Below are positions 1-10,399 of a stretch of 33,397 bases of DNA, piece by piece (within the stretch, counting starts at the first letter, position 1; each line of letters begins with the position of its first letter). The stretch lies in NCBI GenBank assembly GCA_003990765.1, contig RBNJ01000312.1:1-33397 (forward strand), given 5' to 3'. The position numbers were made by a program, and so were the translations under genes. The DNA comes from Jimgerdemannia flammicorona (lineage: Eukaryota). The notes below the pieces were generated by a model. The model worked only from the letters and a program-made list of their open reading frames with translations. It made no database searches and was not told the origin of the DNA.

Positions 1-185
1 GAGAAAATCTGTGGGCAAAGCGGGGGGAGAGTGGGGGTCATTGGGGAAAGGGTGATTTTCATTCGTGAGGAAGTAGGGAGGGGCCCCCCGGTGGGGATTG
101 GATAGTGGGTCGGATTGATGTATAATTATTCATAGACTGGTAATAAAGGCGGAGTCCAAGTGACTATAAAAAAAAAAAAAAAAAA
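1..185 (+). mobile_element. 3' end and poly(A) tail of an L1/Tx1-type LINE; body lies upstream of the window
   Basis: G-rich 3' region, AATAAA (142-147), AGTC-CAAGT-GACT hairpin (153-165), then poly(A). Same order of motifs as the reverse complement of the full-length LINE 3' end at ~10214-10320 (gggccccc..ttggatag..atagact..ggtaataaagg..agtccaagwgact-polyA). Confidence 0.8.
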
Positions 186-200
186 GAGAAGAGTAGGTGA

Positions 201-510
201 GAAATGATAGAAAGAGTGGTAAATTGAAGGTAAGTAAGCTTCAAAAGCTCAAAGAAGGAGGGCACAGAGTGTTTGAATAAGTAACCAAGAGGAGAGAATA
301 GGTACTATATATTAGGATTATATTGAACAGTACTATCCAAAGAAGTACAAGTTAGAGCCAGTATCTGAAATCAGCATATAATTACATAAACTAATATATA
401 TAATGAAACTACAATGTCCTATCCTTAGATCCTAATCTGTAACTATAAGAGAGTAATTATGTTTATAGTATTCATTAACTAGTAATCTTACTAGATATTA
501 CCTATTCAAT
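201..510 (-). repeat. ~310-bp direct repeat, 3' copy (pairs with 4888-5200)
   Basis: Collinear match, e.g. aaagagtggtaaattgaag, gtaagtaagcttcaaa, ctatccaaagaag, taatcttacta. Differences are mostly transitions. Confidence 0.85.
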
Positions 511-3500
511 GTCTCTATATCTTCATATATACCTAAATAGGATATATACATTTGTGAATATATATATATATTATATTTGGGAAGTCCATAAAAGGAAAGA
601 GCTGAAACAAAAAAATCTGGCCCAAACAAATATCTCAAATGTGAGGAAAGAGAAGAGATAGGATAGGGTAGAGAGAAGAAACCCAGACAAAAGAGAGGAG
701 TCATGAGTAAAATAGTTAAGAGAGAAGGAAAAGAGTAGTGATGTGTGATCAAGGAAGCAGGGTGTGAGGGAGCAGAAGAATGGATAATAAGGGATAAAAT
801 GTTAATAAGTGATCAGGATAATGAGTAGTTAGGGTAATAAGTAGTTAGAGGGGTAAGTGGTCTGAACAATAAGTGCTCAGGGCCACAAGCATTTGGAGTG
901 ATGGCTGGACAGGGTGACAGATAGTTGGAGGATGAGTGATTGAGCAGACCTAGTTATGCATGTGGTATAGAAGAGATGAGATGGAGATAGTAGAGAAGCA
1001 ATAGACAAGGATATAAAAGAATGGAATACATTGCTCAACCATAGACATGAAACCTAAATCTTATAATCAGATAATCCAGTAGCAGTGGCATCAGATACAG
1101 TATCAATCCAAAAGCTGTGGCCAGTATATAAATAAGATATCAAGTCATTGTAGAGCAGTAGAGATCATAAGTAGTCTACTAGCCAGCATTAGGAGAATGC
1201 TAGGTTCTCTGGCAGGGAAAAATGTGGGGCATTGTTGGGGGCTAGAGAGAATAAGAAAAAGTGCCTATTTGTTTATTTTTTTTATTTTTTTTTTTTATTT
1301 TATAGTAAGAAAAGGTGCCTAAGCTGAGAGACAGCACAGAGTAGTCTGGGTGGGGCCTGAGGGATGTAAATTGAGATACTGCATCAAAATGGATCAGTTT
1401 TTGAAGAAAGAAGTATAAGAATGATGTGGGTAGAGAAAAAGAGAGAGGGATAGAAGGAGGCATATCCCTGAGAGGTATACTAGGAGAGATTGAAAGAATG
1501 ATCTTATGTAATCTTATTAGAGTAGAGAAAACCAAAGTATGTAAGAGTAATAGTGGTGGGGAAAGTAAGGTCAGAGGTATTCCTATCTAATCAAAGATAT
1601 GGTAATAGCTATTGAAGATATATGATATAAAGGAAAACTGCAGGTATGAGACTTAAGTATCTAACCAGCATTTGATTTTCCAAAGAACTCGTGGCAGTTG
1701 TTGGAGCCCTAACAGAGGATCAGGTAAACCAGAGTTGATGTATTAAGATCAGATGACAGAGAAGTATTTCTTGATGATTACTGGTACAAGCTGATAGAGA
1801 ACTAATGATCTAATCTAGTATATAATACTAGCTCAGACAGAGAGAGAGCAGGCTGGTTGATTGAGATATAGAGGATATAAAAGCAGAGGAAGCTTTGCTT
1901 ACCAGATAAGTATGACTAATATATAGAGTCTACTAGGTCAGACTAAAGGAAGAAAGCTATGAGGAGTGGAAGGGGGAAATATCTATAGATCCAATCAGTA
2001 TAGATAACAACTGTACAGAAGGGATAAGTAAATGGAAATGGACTATATCAGTATGTAAAAGAACATTGGCAATACTATTGTTTTGGATAGAGATAAAGAT
2101 AGTATATAGATGAAATATGTGCTGAGCCATTAATAAAGCAAGATGATGTAGAAGTTTGAAGAGAGCAGGGTTAGTGGTAGTGCTGAAGTTAATGATATAA
2201 AAGATGGTCTGATTATCAGTATGAAGCAGAATGCATTAGAACAATCTGGATGGACCCCATGTAGTTGCAGTGAGAACTTTGGTATAAAGTTTTTTGACTT
2301 ATATGTATATTAAAGAGTTGCATCAAAGTGGACTAAGTAGATAAAAACTATATCTCTTTGAAATAAGTATCTAAACCTATCCTCTCACTATTATCAGTCT
2401 ATAAATAACCCTCAGGACTAGCTACTCAGTCTATAGAGTGAATAATAGATATACTATTTCATAATGAGAGAAAGGTCATCTACTACTGAAAATCAGCCTG
2501 AAACTTATCATTAAGTAAAATCAGAAACTGATCTCCACTCAGATGATTGATAAAGTACTATAGGAAAGAGTAGCCAGAGAGAATGATCTTGCAGGCAAAG
2601 CTCAGAGACCATGACTGTAGTTATGGTCAGGAGCATATATGGTGGAGAGGCCAGTGATATAGTTCTTCTATAATATCAGTAAGTTTCTCTACTAGAAGGT
2701 GAGCTTCTATGGCCTTAGTATTGAGTTTGATGTCTAGAAAGACAATATACATTAAGAGACTTATGATCTTATGTAGTTGGATTGACCAACCAAGATAATG
2801 ATATAGTTGAATGAAATAAGAGAGTCAGAGGATGTGAGAGAAGAATTGTCAGCTGGAGATATAAGAATGAAATTATTAACATAATAGAGAAGATGACAAA
2901 GACCTTAGTGGTGAGCAATCTATATAAGAAGCTTAGTGAATATGTTGAAAAGGAAGGAAGATGAGCTGGAACTAAATAGGAGATAGTAATCAAAGTAAAA
3001 TTGATCCAACCATTCAAAGCCAAGAAGTTTATAGTCAGAAGAGTAAATATATATAATATGATGAAACATATTAGTAAGGTCAACTTTCAATAGTAAATAA
3101 CCTTGGTCAAAGCATCAAATAAATTGTATGAAATCTGAAAATACTCAGAATCAATGGTGGTATTAACTGATAGGTCATAGTAGAGCCATGATAGATTGTG
3201 GAAACATTACTACTTAGAAGAAGAGTTTTTCTTAGCCACTATACTGAGGGGTGAGGACCAAAATAAAGGAAATAGTAGTATTGAAAATAGACTGCAATAT
3301 GGCCAGCAGATATCTCTCAGACAATATCAGTAGGTAATATATCAGTATGATCAAGTGTAGAATATTGTTTTAAGCCAAAATAGCAAAAGCAGATACCATC
3401 AAAAACTATAAGAACACCTTGAGAAATGGTAGCAATGATGGCATAGACAAGACTTTGGTCAGTCTAAGAGAATAGAGGAGATAATAAAGAAGTGTGTTCA

Positions 3501-4887
3501 GGGTCAGAGAGATGGCAGAAGAGGTAACTGAGTGAAGTATAGCATAGTTAGAGACAAGTTTCTAAATCTGTCTGAAAGAGTTGTCTGAACAATTAGTCTA
3601 GGAGTGATCAAGGCTGCACTTAGAGCAGATATGAGCATAAATATATCTAATCATCAGCAACTTGGGTTACATATAGAGGTATCATCCAGGAGAGAACTAT
3701 TGAAGTTATGACAAATAGGTTGAGTCCTCAAGCTAGAGCTATGGTTAATCCAAGCAGAGTGGATAGCAGAATAGAGGTGAGAAGATATTTTAGTGAATGA
3801 AGTGACTGTAGATGATGGGACCATAGATCTCTGATTGAGGCTTAGGGATATAAACAAGTCAGGGTCTCATAAGGCCCAACAGATATACCATTTAGTTAAT
3901 ATTCCATTATTAGCTATCTCAGCTAAGTGATTGGTGCAAAATATAATATAATTGTTCAGGAGTATGTCTCCAACTAATGTTGCCATAAGAGAGATAGTAT
4001 AGTAGAGAAAAGAGGTGGGCTCTATCAGCTCTGGATGAGTATCATGAACAATACTAAAGTATGTGAGCAGGCCAGAGATAAATGTAGACATGTCTGGGAG
4101 GTCCTTGGAGAGTGATATTATCAACTTCATAACAATCTAAACTTTAGCCTTATCTAAAGATTCAATGAAGTGAGATTCATGCAACAGGAGTCCAGATGCT
4201 AAGTGTTATTCCAGCAAGCATCCAAGGAATATGATCAGAAATGAATTGTTAACCATATAGCTAAGAGGCATTGATTGATATAGCTATACTTTAAGGAGAG
4301 GTTGATACTCTGAACAATAGTGGCTGGCAGAGGAAGTGAAGAGAACTCGCCAGTTATAGCATTGATGTCAAGTACCATTGATATAGAGAATACAGCTGAA
4401 AGAGTAGTAGTGAGGGAGGTAGTGGTATAATTGAGAAAAGCATAGTTGTTGAGAGGATGTTGAGTTGGTATATCAGGCAGAGCTGTGGTTGGATTGTAAT
4501 ATGTTAAAAAGATTATCAAGATAGTAGTTTTTTTCAGCAAATAAATCCATAATATCATCAAGGATATAAGAGAGTTTGGAGCCTAAAGTGGATAGCTTAA
4601 ATGCTACTTAAGCAGAAATATATATTGAGCACCAAGTGACTGAACTCTCCAACTCCCCATCATCCATACTCTGGTATTAAATATGTATAAGAAAAGAAGC
4701 TACTGTATTTATATCAATATTGTCATCAGTAGTACTCTTATAAAGAAATCATAGAACTTGCTTAATAAAAGAAATATCAGAGTATTGTTAGTATACTGAT
4801 GAATCAATATCATGCTAGCCTCATGATAAAGAATCAAAGTAGTATAAGATATAGATATTAATAACTTAGGGTATAGTTTCCCAGAGA

Positions 4888-5200
4888 TGAACAATAAAAA
4901 GAGTGGTAAATTGAAGATATGTAAGTAAGCTTCAAAGACTCAAAGGAGAGAGATATAGAGTGTTTGGATGAGTGATCAAGAGGAGTAACTAGGTACCATA
5001 TATTAATATTATATTGTACGGCACTATCCAAAGAAGAAGTTGGAGCTGGTATCTAGAACTGATATATGATTACATAAATCAATATATAAAACAAAACTAC
5101 TATACTCTATCTTTTAATTCTAATCTATAACTAGATGACAGCAATTATGCCTATAGAATATCTATTGACTCATAATCTTACTATATATTATCTATACAAC
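4888..5200 (-). repeat. ~310-bp direct repeat, 5' copy (pairs with 201-510)
   Basis: Same blocks as 201-510. It flanks the old YR element on its 5' side. Confidence 0.85.
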
Positions 5201-8200
5201 TACTAGACCTCTGAAAGAAAACTGAATTATGTGAGCCTTCTACCTAGGCAATGTAAACACTATAATTAATTCCACTCACCAGAGAAGATTGTAGTAACTG
5301 CTAAATCCTTAATCTCCAGAAGGTCCCAATACTATTAATTCAAGATAAGGATGAGTTATAATAAGTCTCAATCCTCATATGAATCCAACTACCTATCTCC
5401 AAAGTTTTTATGAAGATCTATAAAGAAAAACAGAAGATTCTCTCTCACTAACCTTTAGAGATTCTCACAGTTGAAGGCAATAACAACAATACCTATACCA
5501 TTACCTGAGCTCTTCAGATCACTCTACTCACTTATAATAAATATTAAAAGAGATATCCTATAAGTAAAGAAGTCAATAGCAAAATGAGTAATTTATCAAG
5601 CAAGGATACTATAATTGTGTAAAGATATTTATCTGTTATTGATATAAATATTAAAGTATTTACCTCAGTGATAATGTCTATAAGAGTTGAGTTAAGAGAA
5701 AGGACCCTACTCTGTAAGAATCTCAAATCCACTGAGTCTGTCAAAAATGCAAAAAGATCAATCATAAGGAGATTGCAAAGCTAAGAATAAGACCTCTATC
5801 TGAAATCTGCTATTAGAAATTCTTACTATTATCTGTTGGTATTATCAATTACACTAAGGCAAATAAGGGGTCAACCTTGCCTTCTCCTTCATGAAAGTCT
5901 TGAATCTACTTAAAAACTAGATTCAACTATATAAAGAACTCATAGACCAGAGTATATATGCCATTCTTTAAGCTAGAATATATGGAATTCTTTCTATGTA
6001 GTAACTACTGAGGCATTATTTCTCAAGATCCAGTCAATCATCTAAGTTAAACTACTATCACCTTAGGCTTAACTAGCAGAATACTCTCTTCTATCTTATA
6101 TTTCAAAATAAAACTCTATATGACATAATTATCTAAATCTTAAACATCTAGCTGAATAGTTTACTACCTATTTTCTAAATTGTAGAAACATGACATTTCT
6201 AATAAAATAGATAAACAAAAGTCTAATTTAATATGTTAGATATTTAGACCTATAGTATTATATCAAAAGTGAACATTACTTTACTAAGATATATTAATGA
6301 AAATAGTCTACTAAAATAGTGAGCAGTAGTGAGCAATAATAGTGAGAGATGGATGGTAAATAATAGAGATGAATAAATATAGATCTGTGACAAAAATCCC
6401 AATTTCTATATAAATATTTATCTAAATTCAACCAAACTAAGTGTACTGATTAAAGGCTTCCTAATAATATGATTATATAGAATAACTTTTAATAGTATAA
6501 AACTTTATCTGAAAATTATATAATATTAGTGAGGACTATTATTACAAAAAGTATAACAAATATATCAGATAACAGAAATAAATATATTGAATAGTATAGG
6601 TATATATATAAGATTATTGATAATAATAATAGATATATATATTAATATAAGATATAGAGCTAATCTAAAGATATAAATAATATGAAAATTAATACTGAGA
6701 CTATCTTTATTTCTATACTTTTAACTTAAATATATATTTTTGAGCTTTTTTAATTAGCCTCTTTTTTCTTTATTTTCTTTTTAAAATCTCTATAAATAAA
6801 ATATAAAATTCTAATCTAGAATATATATTATTTTTCTAAACTTTATTTATATACTTTATTTGTTTTTTTACTATTTTTTTTTTTTCTAGTTACTTTAACT
6901 TCTACTCTATATTAAATAATATATAAACTCCAACCTCTACATAGTTACTCTATCTAATTTCCCTAGAGGGCCTACTCTCAACTTCTTCTCTTTTAAATAT
7001 TACCAGCTTATTAATTACTCTAATTTTCTCCCACTTTATATACAGATTGATTCTACTAAGTAATGATAGTAACCACTCTAGAGATCTCACTCCTTTCATC
7101 ACTCAGACAAAACATCCCACATTAATCCCTCTAATCTCACTATATGCTCTGCTAAGCACATCTATCTCTCCTTTTCATATACATATAGCCAATGTCCAGC
7201 TAACCCTATCTACACTACTATAGCCTACTCAATAGTGAGCCACTCATTTCCAGTATATTCAACCAAACAAATCCTCAAGTTTTCTCAATAATCACTCTCC
7301 TTAACCATACTTCTTACTATCCTCAAGTAATTACTAACTAATATCCAGAAGTACTCAAGTATTTTATACTTCTTTAGTCAATGTTCTGATATCTGCACAA
7401 AGTCACCCTCCTGCCTAACATTAAAGTACTCTTTATAATTAAAGACTCTTTAAACAACTAGATATCCAGAGTAAAAGTTCAATATAATATTCTTCCTCAG
7501 TATAATTACTATACTATTTAAAACTTTGGAGATAGCTACTACTATACCATAGTATACTATGACCAGACACTAGTCTAAATCTATACTTTACTAATACCTA
7601 CCATCTGTCAGTTGACAGTCAATATATTCTAACTCAAACTATATTAGTATTCTATATTCTCAACAATATCAAACTCCAATAGTAGGAAGCCACTCCTATA
7701 TATCTTTCCTTCACCCTTCTACTAGTATAAAATAAACAATAAGCTCTATCTACTAACTTCAATTAAAATCCCTTATACTTCAGATATTTACTGCATTCAG
7801 TCTAATCATTAATAATATATTATCTGAAGATTTTCTAGAAAAGAACCTCACCTCTCAGACTCTCTGCATTAGTAGCAACTACTCACCACCCTATAGCTCA
7901 ACAGTTCTCTTCAGCCACCAAGCTCTAAAGTAGTATAATATCTTCAGAAAGTCTACTAAAATCAGATCTCCTCTCTCTACTTATATCACTAAGACCTCTC
8001 AATCTATTTAACTCTACTCCTTAGCTCAGATCCAGTCTTTAGCTATCTTTAAAAATATCTTTACTATCCAAGCCAAAAAGTCTTAATAATATACCAAATA
8101 CTATAATTTGATAATTAGTAAATATTTAAAATTATTATCTGTCCAACTAGAGAGATATAATATCATCTCTAGCTCTAAGAATCTCTCCTTAAATAACTGC

Positions 8201-8565
8201 CTTTTCCTCTACTCAGGTCTTCAGCAAAACTGGCCCATATATCAACATGGAGATATCTATATAGTATAATACTTCTACTATAGAAATAATAGTCTCAATA
8301 ATGTCTTTTTATTATCTTTATATTTATTAGTTATATATTTAGTAATTAAACTATTTTTATAGATTTTCATTATTATAAATATCTTTAACTATATATTTTT
8401 ATATACAAAAAAAAATCTCAGTAAGCTATAATGATAAAAGCAGTCTTAAGACTAATTAAATCTAAAAATACATAATAATATTTGTTTAATTATATATAAT
8501 TTTGCTTTTTATAATAATTATATTAAATAAATAATATATATATAATATAAATAATTATATTTACA

Positions 8566-8704
8566 TAACTTAACCTAACTTAACTCTACCCTAACACTAA
8601 GTAACCAGTTCCTAACCCTAACCCTAATTCATAACCCTAACTTTGTTTCCTAACCCTAACTTTAATTCCCAACCCTAACTTAAATTCCTAACCCTAACCC
8701 TAAT
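8566..8704. repeat. Degenerate interstitial telomeric (CCCTAA/TTAGGG) repeat tract
   Basis: Multiple exact CCTAACCCTAA(C) units mixed with variant hexamers (CTTAAA, TTCCTAA, CTTTAA). Confidence 0.8.
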
Positions 8705-8858
8705 TTAACATGTATATATCTATTTATAAAATTTAATATATTAATATATAGAACTTATTTTTAATGTTTTATTTATAATTTATATTATACTTAATAAAAA
8801 TAAATGAAAATATAAATTAATATATAATCTTATAAAAAATATTATATAATCTTAAGTT

Positions 8859-8899
8859 AATAAAGACAGAAGTCCAAGTAACTATAAAAAAAAAAAAAA
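8859..8899 (+). mobile_element. Ultra-short, 5'-truncated LINE 3' tail insertion
   Basis: aataaagacagaagtccaagtaactat plus poly(A) matches the tail at 142-185. Flanked by duplicated tatataatcttaagtt (8843-8858 and 8914-8929). Confidence 0.75.
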
Positions 8900-9703
8900 T
8901 ATATATATATATATATATAATCTTAAGTTTAGTTATATTATGAAATCAATTATAAATATACTTATAGATATTTTTAATAATGCTTGATTATAGTTATAAT
9001 ATGAAATCACTATATTCTAGATTATTGTAAGTATCTAGAGCAGGTAGTCCTAAATTATTAGACTAGATAACCTTAATTTAAAATGTTAGACAGCTTAAAT
9101 CAGTAGATAATTTTATATCAAAAAGCTATTCAGTATCACCATCTGATCTCTAGATTTATAACTGTCTTGTCTCTTGATTTAAGATTATCTGCTCTCTACT
9201 TAAGACTGTCTGATATTTCAATTTAAGATTACTTATCAGATTCATAATTAAGACTATATTTCAGTCTCTTATTTAAGATTACTTACTCTTGACTTGAAGC
9301 TATCTAATATCTTAATTAAGGATCATTTGGTCTCATATCTAATCTATTATCTATTTATTATCTATTCTGTAATTTAGTAAGTAAGAATTCTTGATATACT
9401 TTTGATTTATAATTAGATAGTAACTATTACACCAACTATATAGTTGTAGATTGTAGTTATGTAGCAAGGCTATCATTATATAATAAGAGTTACAGTTATA
9501 TGTCTATATAATAGTTATATAGTAGTAGATTATAGTTATATAGTAAGGATATAGTTATATAAAGGTGAGTTATGATTGTCTGGCAATGCTAATCCCTTAT
9601 ACATCTAATATATAAGGTTTCATTACCTATCTTATAGTCTTTACAGTCTATGTTATCTATTTTACAATCTATTAACTATTCTGCAGTCTATCTTTTACTT
9701 TTA

Positions 9704-9848
9704 GGATAGTAACTTAATATATAGATATATAACTTTATACTATATATCATTCTATTAGTTTTATATTATTTATCAGTAATATATGAAATATACAATATAT
9801 ATATTTTGAATAAATTACTTCTTCTGTTTGGTTTATTATAAATCTACT
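9704..9848 (+). repeat. ~140-bp dispersed direct repeat (pairs with 17040-17178)
   Basis: ggatagtaacttaatatatagatatataactttatactatatatcatt...acttcttctgttt versus ggatagcaactcaatatgtaggtatatgactttatactatatatcatt...gcttcttctgttt. Confidence 0.75.
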
Positions 9849-10399
9849 ATTATATAATAAAGGTTATGATCTTGGCTAGTGACTGAGTGACTATATTGTC
9901 TAGTTAACTGTGAGCCCCAGTTAGTAGCTAGAATACCTCAAGTTTATATACTATACTAATGAATATAAGTGTAAGCCAGTGTACTAAGATAGGTATCTCT
10001 ATAATGATCTTTATAATGGGAGATACAGTCTCCACTATAAGTTCAGTGAAAAGAACAATCTCAGATAGATTCAAGATAATGAATATGGTCATTACTAGCC
10101 ATGATAATAAAGAAGCCTACTAATAGTAATAATGAAGTCCTCTATAGTAATAGAGATAATTACCAAGATATCTGCCTAGATATTCAAGATAATTATAAGT
10201 TCTCTTAGATAGTTTTTTTTTTTTTTAAAGTCTCTTGGACTGCCCTTTATTACCAAAGTCTATAGTGTTAACAATATAATGTCACCCCTATCCAACCAAC
10301 CCCCCGGGGGCCCAACTCCCCCCCCTCAACCACCCCCTGCCCAAGCACCACCTAATTACCCACTACCAGAACCCTCCCACCACTCTTCTGGGTGATACA

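Larger units (their letters stand above)
201..5200 (-). mobile_element. Heavily mutated Ngaro/DIRS-like YR retrotransposon, a divergent relative of the 27090-32125 element
   Basis: Minus-strand translations are collinear with the young copy. Gag: IVQSINLSLKYSYINQ, KDLPDMSTFISGLLTYFSIVHDTHP..EIANN, and HICSKCSLDHS*TNC zinc finger (~3580-3646). YR: LYTGHSFWIDTVSDATATGLSDYKI (~1055-1135). A tttgggcc motif lies in the 3' region (~628-635). Almost no CpG remains and stops are numerous. Confidence 0.85.

Noticed and set aside
186..195. Sequence-specific target (gagaagagta follows poly(A) at both 186 and 21858)
   Set aside because: The other three insertion sites share no such motif, and purine-rich background makes chance likely.
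6900..8280. Degraded coding-like C-rich segment
   Set aside because: No motif could be assigned with confidence on either strand.
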